NCBI RefSeq assembly: GCF_036321535.1
Contig: NC_087437.1
Coordinates: forward strand, 60,514,001 to 60,578,000
Reading direction: 5' to 3'
Length of the DNA: 64,000 nt
Source of the DNA: Camelus dromedarius
Lineage: Eukaryota
Below are positions 26,436 to 37,561 of the stretch, one piece after another (position 1 is the first letter of the stretch; every line of letters starts with the position of its first letter). The notes below the pieces were generated by a model. It did not search any database. It saw only the letters and a list, made by a program, of their open reading frames with translations, and was not told where the DNA came from. The position numbers were made by a program, and so were the translations under genes.

Positions 26436-28719
26436 CATCAAAGAGGTTACCTATACTCTGAAAACTGTAAAATATTAATGAAGGAAATTGAAGATGATAC
26501 AAAGAAATGGAAAGGTATCTTGTGCTCTTGGATTGTACTGTACTACCCAAAGCAATCTACAGATCCAGTGGAACCCCTGTCAAAGTACTCACAACATTTT
26601 CCAAGGAAGTGGAACAAACAATTCCAAAATTTGTATGGAATCATAAAAGACCCCAAACTGCCAAAGCAATCTTTTGTAGGTCTTTTTTTCTTTCTCTCTC
26701 TTCTTTCTGTTCTCTTTTCATATGGTTTGATGACTAGAGAAGTTTCTTTAACATTTGTTGTAAAGCTGGTTTGGTGGTGCTGAATTCTTTTAGCTTTTGT
26801 TTATCTGTGAAGCTTTTTTTTTTTAAACATTTTTTTATTGAGTTATAGTCATTTTACAATGTTGCATCAAATTCCTGTGTAGAGCACAATTTTTCAGTTA
26901 TACGTAAACATGCATATATTCATTGTCACATTTTTTTTCACTGCGAGCTATCTGTGAAGCTTTTGATTTCTCCATCAAATCTGAATGAGAGCCTTGCTGG
27001 ATAGAGTATTCTTGGTTGTAAGTTTTCCCTTTCATCACTTTAAATATATCTTGCCACTCCCTTCTGGCCTGTAGAGTTTCTGCTGAAAAATCAGCTGATA
27101 ACCGCACGGGAGTTCCCTTGTATGTGTTATTTGTTGCTGTTCTCTTGCAACAAATTTTAATATTTTCTCCTTATTCTTAGTTTTTATCAATTTGATTACT
27201 ATGTGCCTTGGTACATTCTTCTTTGGGTTGATCCTGTGTGGAATTCTCTGTGCTTCCTGAACTTGGGTGACTGTTTCCTTTCCCAAGCTGGGGAAGTTTT
27301 CAGTGATTATCTCTCCAAAAATGTTCTCAGGTTCTTCTCTCTCTCTTCTCTTTCTGGGACCCCAGTAATGCAAATATTGGTGCACTTCATATTGTCCCAG
27401 AGTTCTATCCTCATGTCTTTAAACTGTCCTCATTTCTTTTCATTCTTTTTCTTTTTTTCTGTTCTGCAGTAGAGATTTCCACTAATCTATCTGTCTTCTA
27501 GCTCGTTGATCCATTCTTCTGCCTCTTTTAGTCTATTCTTGGTTCCTTCTACTGTGTTATTCATTTCAGCGATTTTATTCTTTAACTCTGTTTGGGTATT
27601 CTTTATATTTTCCAGCTCTTTGCTAAAAACTTCACTCTGTGCATCTATACTCCTCTTGAGTTCTCTGAACATCTTGAGTACATGTCAGAGCCCTTCCCAT
27701 GAGTCTCTGAAAATGAAACACGTTTGCAAGCCAAGGACTTGCCATCAGATTTCATCTACAATAGCCATGGATTTGGGTTAATCCCTCTCTTCTTGAGGTC
27801 CTCAAAATATTCCGAGTTTCCTGCACATGCCAGGAAGTGACCTCCCTTACTCATCTGACAACAATGCCAGGAATCCTATAAGCAAGCTACCAAGCTGGTT
27901 TTCCAAGTTGGTCAGGTTATATCTGAGCCTGCACATTCTCAAATATGATGTTCCAGTCAAAACTCTGGTGATACAAACAATGTTTCCAACTGTGTCCTGT
28001 TACAAGGAGAACAGATTCCTATTGAAGAGATAACTATATTGCCATGAACAAATAACTATATTACCGTGAAAAGAGGCATACTCACTGAGAGTTTTCTAAT
28101 TCTGGAGGGATCGTGGTAGGGAGGAAACGATAAATATTTCATCTTTTTCCACAAAGATATACCTTACCAAATTGTTGTACATCATAGACAGCTTAAGAGA
28201 AGAAGTTTCCTTAAATCTGGAAAAAATGAAAGACGAGAACCAACAGTTTCAAACAAAATCACAAAATTATAATTACCCTGACCAGTTCATCCACTCCCAT
28301 GTAATTAATTCTTGTTGATTGTGATCTTTTATTAGCAATTTTATGAAGCCATCAGTTTTTCTGTTAGTGTCATGTAACTTTCTACCCAGTTCAGTGGTAT
28401 GATCTGAAAGTTATCAGAAGCCTGTATTCTTGAGTACATGTCAGAGCCCTTCCCATGAGTCTCTGAAAATGAAACACATTACAAAAACAGAGTAAAGCAA
28501 TAACTGTATATGGCAAGACTTAAAAATGGCCATGGTTAAATATCTAATGAGAAGTAATTATAATGCAGTGACAAGAAAATTTAGTTATTTCTGTGACATA
28601 CAACATGTTAAGATGATGATAATTATGGATGATGACATACATACCAGATTTTCTGGAATTTCATATAATTTCTGGAATATTTGTATTAATAATATTCATA
28701 CTAGAAAATCCATTAAAAA
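26436..28719. mobile_element. Composite insert: L1 ORF2 piece (+, ~26436-26672), L1 ORF1/inter-ORF piece (-, ~26673-27671), ERV1-like internal piece (-, ~27672-28700)
   Basis: Flanked by tagattcaaactttg (26421-26435) / tagattcaatctttg (28720-28734); ORF1 peptide RLSADFSAETLQARREWQDIFKVMK. Confidence 0.75.
26818..26948 (-). mobile_element. Young 5'-truncated L1 3' tail
   Basis: Perfect 16-bp TSD tatctgtgaagctttt (26802-26817 / 26949-26964), poly-T and antisense AATAAA. Confidence 0.88.
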
Positions 28720-31700
28720 TAGATTCAATCTTTGTTGAAACTAAAATATTGGGAAAGATATACCATGCAGAGAGTAACCAAGAAACATACAGAATGGCTA
28801 TACAAAGATCAAACAAAGTAGACTTTAAGACAAAAATTGTTGTTAAAAACCAAAGAACATTTTATAATATATGTTATATATAGCTTGTATGTGATATATA
28901 GTTGCATATATTGTATAATTGTTGATAAGTTCCTAGAAAGACATAAACTATTGAAACTGATTCAAGAAGAAATAGAAACTAACTATAACAATTAAGGAGA
29001 TTGAATAGATTATCAAAACTTCGCACAAAGGAAAAAGCCCAGGATGAGACAGCCTCACTAGTGTAGTCTATAGAATATTTAAATAACACCTGTTGTTCCC
29101 AGACTCTTCCCAAAAAAGGGATAGGTATGAATAACACTTCCCAACTCATTCTACAGGGTCAATATTGTTATTATATCAAACCAGACAAAGATATGACAAG
29201 AAGAGAAGACTGTAAAATCCCTTATAAATTTATATGTAAAAATCCTCAACAAAATAGCTAGCTGGATTCAACAGCATAAAAGAGGATTATACACTAGCAT
29301 AAAAAGGATTGTACACCATAACCAAGTGGAATTTATCCAAGGAGTGCATGGCTGGTTCAACATAGGAATACCAATAGAAGTAAGACACCATATTAATAGA
29401 GTTAAGGACATAAACCACATGACCACTTATCTCAATAGAAAAAGCTTTTGTCAAACACCAACACTTTACATCATAAAAACACCAAACAAATTAGGAATAG
29501 TAGAGAACTTCCTCTGCCTGATAAAGGGTGACTGAAAAACCGATAGCTTATGTCACACTAAATGCTGAAATAGTGAAAGCTTTCCCTCTAAGATCAGGAA
29601 CAAGGCAAGGGTGTCCATTCTTGCCACTTGTATTTGACATTGTACTGGAGTTTCTAGGTAGGCAGTTAGACAAGAAAAAGAAACAAACTCTTTCTAGATT
29701 AAAAAGGAAGAAGCAAAATTGTCTCTATAGATGCCATGATCTTACATATAGAAAATCTTAGGAAATCCAAAAGAACTGTCAGAGTTAATAATTTAATAAA
29801 CAAGCTCAGCAAGTTTGTGGGACAGAGAATCACTACACAAGAAACAGTTGTGTTTCTATATACAAGCATTGAACAACCTTAGAGTGAAATTAAGAAAACA
29901 ATTCAATTTACAGTAGTATCAAAAAGAATAAATTCAGCATAGTAGATAAAATATGGAGTATCTATACAATGGAGTATTACTCAGCCATCATAAGTAATGA
30001 AGTACTGAAACAGGCTACAAGCAGGATGAACCGTGAAAACAAGCTAAGTGAAAGAAGCCATACCCAAATAGCCACATATTTATAATATCCCATTCATTTA
30101 AAATGTACAAAATAGACAAATCCTTAGAGTCAGAAAGTAAAATAGGGGTTGCCAGGGTCAAAGGAGAGAAGGAAGAAGGAAATGAATGCTAATGGGTTGT
30201 GGGTTTTGGCGGGGGCTGATGAAAATGTTTTGGAATTAGAGTATGGTAGTGGTTACACATGCTTGTGAATATATCAAACACTAAACTGTCCCCATTAAAA
30301 GTGTGGAGTTTATGTAAATTACATCTCCACTTTTTAAGTGTTAATTTAAATTAAAATGACTCTAAGTCTGTTTACACAGTATGCATTCATACTAGGATTT
30401 TGATAGTGTATTCCATTAAAATGTTTGGTGTTATTTAGGAGCATTTGTAATTTGTAATCTTTTTAACAAATTATTCTCTTTTCAATCTATATAGGTTGTC
30501 TTCAGATCTTTTCTGTAGCAGAAGGATTTGATACTCGGGAATAATTCATTAAAAATTATGATCTTATCTACAATAATATATGACAGTTTATCTTTGTATT
30601 TCTTCTCTAAATTGTTCTCCTGAGAATTAGGAGGATTTTCTTTATGTTCAGTATAGAACTGTTTATACATTGGGTTGAGTTTTTTTTAGCCTTCAGCTAG
30701 AGATGTTTTCTAATACAACCACATTATGTTACATTTGTTTGGATTAAGATTTTTGAATCTTAGTTTCCATTCCAAAGGTATGTGCATATTTTAACTTAAT
30801 TGCATGATGATATCCTTTATAGATAATATAAAACTTCAGGTATTTATCTGTTTAAAATGTTCTTTTATAGAAGTTTTGTGATCCCAGGAATTTCTGTAGT
30901 CACATTTTCCAAAATTGGTTTGTAATCTTTAACAGGTTTTAGACTAGATGTCAACAAAACAGGCTTTCGTATAAAAATTGCATGACAGATCTTCTTCTTT
31001 TCCAAAAATATTCAGTGAAGGTCCCAAACATTGCTGTATTTTATTCATTGATTGTTCTTATGGGAAAAAAGAAATGTAAATATTTAAAGTTTATTACATT
31101 TAAGTCTAATGCTCGCATTAATATCATATTAAGTTTTTCTTGTAATGAAAGTGTTCAGTCTCTAAAGATTAATGTATCTTGCAGTATGCTTGGTTTTGAC
31201 AGCTTTTCAGAAATAAGAATTAAGTTTCTTATTCTTCTGGAGTGTGAATGAGCCCCTCAGTAATTATTTCACCCAAGGAAGGACCCTGTGTTGAAAAAAA
31301 TGTCTCCTTGTTCATTTAATAACATTTACCTTATTTAAATGTCAGTCCTTGAAATCAGAGTTATTTTAATTACTTTTAAGTAATTGCTTTCCTGTTACTG
31401 GAAAAGAATGGAAATTTTAGTTTGGATAAGGAAGGAAGAGAATTGAAACTGAAATGAGTAGTAGTGAAAATGTGGCAGGAGTTAAGAGGATGCTACAAAT
31501 GAAATGAATCTCCCTCCAATTGATTGAGTTACTAGTGAAATGAAATGTACAAAATGTCACTTGTTGATTTTTTTGGTTGTCAAATTAAGGTACATTTCTC
31601 AAGAGACTGATAGACAATCTTCTGGAAAACCTAGGGGAAACTATTTCAATTTTGTTCACTTGACAGTAAGCAAAGTATTTTTAGTGACTAAAAATGTTTT

Positions 31701-31882
31701 GATTGATAGTAATCTTTTGTTTTACTGTATATTTTTAGTAGCTCAAAACAAGAAAATATTTTAGTGATAAGGTAGTTGCAAGTAATTTTTTTTAATATAT
31801 GTCTGCTCAAAGAACAGGCTATTGTGCTTTCTAATCAATGTGATGATTTTCTTTCAAATTTAAGATTTGGTTTGATTTACAG

Positions 31883-31985
31883 GTAAACAGTGTCGACCTC
31901 AGAACTGCCAGCCATGAGCAGGCGGCAGCTGCTTTAAAAAATGCTGGTCAAGCTGTCACAATTGTTGCACAGTATCGACCTGAAG
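31883..31985 (+). CDS. DLG1: DLG1 exon, C-terminal PDZ3 ([34 protein letters not shown])
   Basis: tttacag|GTA acceptor, GAAG|gtaata donor, 103 nt, phase 0 to 1. Confidence 0.97.
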
Positions 31986-33792
31986 GTAATAAATTCTTGT
32001 TGTCTGTACTTTTTTTATTTCAGTTTTTTAAAATCTTTGTCTTAAAAAGTTTAGCTTCCAAAGCTTAACTTTCTTTTCATGTTTTTGTCTGATTTATTAA
32101 TCTATTATTTGTTTACTATGAACCTAATTCACTATCTTATCAAAGAGTTTTTAATATAATGTAGGAACTTGTATCTGTCAACTCTTTATTTCACCATTAT
32201 TTGGATTAATTTTCAGGTGTTCATTTTTTAAAATTTGTCATCTGACCAAACACATACCTCTTAACATACCTTATACTAACCCAGTGATTAAAAGGCAAAG
32301 ATAGTAATTTTGCCAAAGAAAATAAGGTTATCCCAATTTTTTCTAACTTTTTAATTAGATTATATTTATTAATATCAAGGTTTCAGACATGTTTCTAAAC
32401 CTTTGTTGTTACTTAAAATAAAGAGAAAGAATACACATTGGGGATGTAATATATTTCTAAGTGGTGAAGTATCATGGACATGACCTTACCAAGTTCCTAA
32501 TGGAAGAAGGTGGTAATGGAAAATTTGAGGTCATGCCATTTTAAACATACACAAGACTCTAGTGTACATCAACATAACCATTTCAATAAAACCTCAGTGG
32601 AATTTAAAAAGCTTAAACACCCAAAAGAATACATAGCATACTAGTTAATGTTCATAAACAAGGTGAAGAAGGAAAGAATGATGTGACTAAAGGAGCCAGG
32701 TGAAATATTCTATAATTTAGCAACTGTTACATTTACTATTCTTTTCCTGGAGTGGAATTTACCTAGTGTGTATTTACCTGCTCAAAGCAGTATGTTGGAC
32801 ATTGCTTGCTATTTCATAATATAATATTTCTTGACAACTCAGCATTTTAGGTTTTAGTAACTGAACAAGAATAAATTCATTTGTGTAAGGGGTAAGTTCC
32901 AAATAAGTCACATTAATCAAGCAAATAAGGACTAATATTAAGAAGTCAGAATGACAATTTATTAATTTTTGTGAGAAACAAAACTACCAGTGAGAGTACA
33001 CATGCTTTTATCATCTGGTCAGCACCTTCTTGCCCTATAGGTATACTGTATGGAAACCACATTATAATCACTGGTTACTTAGTATTATGGAAAGCCTCTC
33101 ATTTATATGTTTATGAAGAATAATGACTTTAGATAAGATTAAGGGAAAGTCAGTATCTGCTCCTTAACCTCCCCAGAAAACACACAAAAACAGCAAGGAA
33201 AATAAAACATAAACGCATGCTTGTACCCATACAGCTTGACCTCACATTAAGCAAAACTAAGAAGTCAGATATAATACCTAGACAACAAAATACAGGCAAA
33301 GGCTGCTTAAGCAGATTGAGATCTGGCAAAAACTACATGGAAAGAAGGAAAGAGTGAAAACATGAAATTTTGAGAATGCTCAGTGGTAGCAGAACTTAAA
33401 ATATGACAGAAAATTATACTTCCTAATGGTAAGGGACTTGTTTTTGAGGTATGAAAACATTATCCGTTGTTTATGGCAAGCCATGTGGAAATTGGAGTGA
33501 GGATGCTAGAGCAAAAGCCATCCTTGATGTGATTTCATTTAGAGAATAGAGAACCCATATTTGATTTAAACAGTCTGTCTTGATAGCATCAAATAATGTG
33601 ACAGTCTTGGTTTTAAATGCTCTAAAGGTAACCCATGGTTCCTTACTCACCCTATACCCCAAAACTTTCTGGTCCAGCGAACTCATTCAGTAGTAAGCAA
33701 TTTAAAAAGAACTGGCCTAGCATTCATACAAAGATATTAATAAGAAGAGATAGAAACAAAGAACAAAACTTAGCAACAGATAAAGATTAGTT

Positions 33793-33827
33793 ACACGTGC
33801 ACGCGCGCACGCACACACACACACACA
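33793..33827. repeat. (CG/CA)n alternating purine-pyrimidine microsatellite
   Basis: acacgtgcacgcgcgcacgcacacacacacacaca. Confidence 0.9.
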
Positions 33828-34949
33828 ACATTGGCACAAATCAGATGAAAATTTGATTTTAATGTTCTGAAACAATTTATGCATTCACTTCTTTGAAAGA
33901 AGACCACAAAGTAGATATGTAAAGAACTGTAGGAAAAGAGGCTTAACAACCAGAAGAGATTAATTTTGAGCTAGGAGAACCCAGAAAGGAAGAAAGCAAA
34001 CTAGTTTCTTAACTTGGAACAGAAAGGCAGAGACACTGCAGAAAAATCAATAGGGGACATAAAGGATACAGTAGGAAAAGTAAACAACATTAAGTAGAAA
34101 CAAAGAGAATTTCAGATTAGAGTGAAAAGACAGGGAATTATGTATATACAACATAAACATAATTAGACTTTCTGGAAAAAGTAAATTTTTTAAAAAGAAG
34201 AGATTAAATGTTTGAAATTATAGTAGTCAAGAAAATGTTCCTGAATTTATACGATGTGAGTCTTTATACTGAAAAGACATAGCATGAAAATTGACTCAGA
34301 ATGGTCAAAATTCAGACATATTCTAGTTAATGTTTATCAAGAAAGAATCTTCTGGGACCGAGATGAAAATATTAAGTTATTAATAAGGAGGTAAAAATAG
34401 ATTGATAAAGAACTGCTGTAATGCTTGATGAGCATATATCAGAACAAGGATCATTAATTTTACCATTTTCATGTTTAGTGACTCTTAACTAAGCTTAACT
34501 AAGCCTATATATATATGCAGTAAGTATACTTGCCACTGATGACTGGCAAGGACTGGGAAGGGTGGGCTACCCTTTTCCTACAGTAGTTACTGAATGGTCC
34601 TAGGAATCTCCCTTTCAGATTATCTTTTTCTGTACTTGTACTCGGGGTTTTTTTGTTGTTCTTTTTTGTAATTTCTGTGCTTTTCTCTCGTATGAACCTT
34701 TCTGAATGAAACTTTAGTTGTATTTAAAACTTTTAACTATTCTAGTCTTGATGGAGCCATTTTTGTATCAAGGAGAATTTGCATTCTACTTGGATTATTC
34801 AAGTAGCTACTATTTAACATATGTCTTCTACGTTTCAAGATTAGACCCTTATGTTAATTACTCTTGTGTATCTATCTTTTTTCCAAACATTTCCTAATAA
34901 TGGACCAGATAATTTCCTGTTTGGTTTCTCCAGCTTTATTTCTCCCTAA

Positions 34950-35600
34950 TGTTTGAAATTGAGCTTATCTGAAACAATTCTTTCACTCTCTCCTTAAATG
35001 GCACTTCCACTGATGTTTAAGCCAGAGCCTAGGAGTCATCCTTGATCTCCCTTCCCTTTTCTCAACCTCTGTGTCTTGGCCACTACCCTAACCAAACCCA
35101 CTATCAGATCTTACCTAAACTATTCTAATAGCCTCTACCAAGTCTCCTTCTTTCTTGACTTTCTCCAGTCTATTCATCAGCCACAGTGATTTTTGTAAAT
35201 ACAAAGGTTGGGCTGTATCAGTTCCCATTTAAAACACTTCCCATTATACTCTGAATAAGATTCAAACCCTTTAATAGGACCTGCAAGGCTCTGTATAATT
35301 GAGCACACACAATGCATATGACTTCACTGCAAGCTCTGTACTCCTTCTTTTACTCCTGAAGCACTAACCATACTGACCTTCCTTCAACACTTCATTATAC
35401 CAGATATTTTCCTAATTCTCTGTTCATTCTGTTTGTTCTTAGAATATTCTTTCCCCCTATTCTTTATATGATTGGCTCCTTCTCATGATTTCATTTCTCA
35501 CAGCACTGTGGTATTTTTCCTTTATAACGCTTGACACGGTTTATAATTGTATGTTTATTTAGGTGCCTATTTTCTATTTATTTAAGCCTTGCTCTAGAGG
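34950..35600 (+). mobile_element. L2 LINE 3' fragment
   Basis: aagccagagcctaggagtcatccttgatctcc; ctattctaatagcctc; cagccacagtgatttt. Confidence 0.7.
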
Positions 35601-36885
35601 CTTATGAAACACATAGCTATATCCCTACATACAGATGATGGTATACACGCAAACAATAATGCTGGTAGTAATAGCAGGGATTCAGTGCTAGGTCTGTTGC
35701 CTTCAAAGTCTAGATACTTTTCACTGGGAATATTTTAGTGAGTGTTCAGTCTGGCAATATTGATTTATACTGTATTCTTTTACCACAGCTATGCTGTGAT
35801 TGCCTAATAAACACAAGGTAAGTACCAGTAGAACATAGAAGACAGACATTGTCTTAGGAATTCAGAAGAAGGTAAATCATATTGCCTGGTATGAGGGGAA
35901 AATAATGCCATCAAGTAGGATTGGGAATTAACTGGAAACCTAAAGAATGGGTAGGCTTTAGATAGGCAGAGAGAAGAAATGACATTCTAGAAAGAATAAC
36001 AGAAGACCAAAGATGAGAAAGTTAAAATTTAAAAGCAGGTTTTGAGTACTTTGAAAACTGACCTGTCCTCCTTGCTGTATTGCTACTTACCTTATGTTTG
36101 TTTATTAGGCACTGACACAATGGCTTTATGTTTTGTTTTAATACTAATTATGTTTTTAACAAATGTATTTTTGTTGTACAGCACTTTTTAAAAAAATAAC
36201 ATTTCACGTCATCAGTGTGTAACTGTTAAGAGGACCAAGGATATCGATTAAAGATAAGACTCAGGTTTTATTTCTCAGTGAGCTGGCTATTTTACGAAGT
36301 ACAAAAGGAGTCACATGACACTCTGATAATCAGTCATCTCCTTGCAGTTAGTATCTTCACTTTACTAATAACAAATTCCTTGGGATTCTTTGCTTCATTG
36401 ATAATCTGACATACATACATACTATAAAACAGACAAAGAGTGAAGGTAAGCTTTTTGGTAGGAGAAAGTTTTTATCTTTCAGAATTTATGGCTTTCCTAT
36501 TAGCCTTCCATGAAATAGTGTTACGAGTTTTTCAGCTTGTGAACTTTGAACTTTAATCACTTAGACTCTAAGTTTGAAAAAACAATCTATAAAATATTTA
36601 AAAGGACTTTATCACTTAGCTTCCCTCAGTTTTGCTAACTCCAAAGACAAGCAACAATTCATTTTTTAGAACTTTACTACTAATCATTTTTGGGAATCAT
36701 AATCAGAAATCAAACATGGGCACTGGAATTACTATTCTAGTTTTTTATTCCATATCCAGAAGTTAACAAAAATTTAACAAATAATTCCTGGTCTATAGTT
36801 AAAGAATCTCCTTTGGGTTGGGTGATAGACTATAATAGGAAACAAAAAAATGTGCCAGGCATCTAACCATATTACATTTACTAAC

Positions 36886-36974
36886 TTTTTTTTTTTAATG
36901 GACGGACTAGGGATTGAACCCAGGACCTCATGCACCCTAAGCACACTCCCTGCCCACTGAGCTATACCCTCCCC
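36886..36974 (-). mobile_element. Vic-1-like SINE
   Basis: gggattgaacccaggacctc..cactgagctataccctcccc with T tail. Confidence 0.87.
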
Positions 36975-37124
36975 ACATTAACTCTCTTAATTCCCATAAA
37001 ACCCTATAGAGTGGGCACTGTTAATTGTCATTTTACATTACAGTTGTGTAAGCTAAGGCAGAGAAAGGTTAAGTAACTTGCCAGTTACACAGCTGGCAAG
37101 TGGCTAAGATTTCTGATAGCCCTT

Positions 37125-37561
37125 TGTAGAGGAGGAAAAACTTTTCCTCTGCCCATTTAGTTTCATTAGTTGGCGCCTGTGAATTAAACTGACGGAAGAC
37201 AGATTAACAGAAGTATGCATCCAGGGAGCCAACAAAAGTAACTGGCTCATTAAATGGTTAAGATTAAAGGCTTATATTCCTAACATAGTATGGAAAAGGG
37301 AGTGGGGAGAAAAGTACCTCTTTAGGAGGAAGTTTGTGATAATGTTTGTCTCTACAGGTATGAGTGGTGTTTCCATCTTCTTCAGGGCTGTAGAGCTCCC
37401 CAAAAGAGGAGATTTAGAGTAACCTCATTTCCCAGAAGTTGATGCTTTGAGTTAGATAAGGAAAGCTCCGATAAGGCTTTTTTCTGCATTTATTGAACCT
37501 CAAATGTCTTCAGCTTAAAATAATCTCTGTGACAACCTTGGGGTTCCAAGTGGTCCCCACA
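37125..37561 (-). mobile_element. ERV1-class solo LTR (437 bp)
   Basis: TG...CA termini, 4-bp TSD cctt (37121-37124 / 37562-37565), MER34/MER39-like ends. Confidence 0.82.

Larger units (their letters stand above)
26340..30335 (+). mobile_element. Old L1 (L1MB-like; ORF2 plus 3'UTR) split by the composite insert at 26436-28719
   Basis: The endonuclease-region sequence resumes across the insert; RT remnants (KAFPLRSGTRQGCP, EFIQGVHGWFNI). Confidence 0.85.

Noticed and set aside
31876..31890. Recursive-splicing AG|GT site (cag|GTAAAC; also tag|GTGAAT at 698)
   Set aside because: Explained by the conserved Val-Asn codons of PDZ domains; the introns are only 10-15 kb, and using these sites would destroy the PDZ frame.
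33100..34450. Possible very old L1/HAL1 ORF1 remnant (similar A-rich block at 39540-40800)
   Set aside because: Purine-rich and suggestive, but too decayed to assign a family or boundaries without an alignment.
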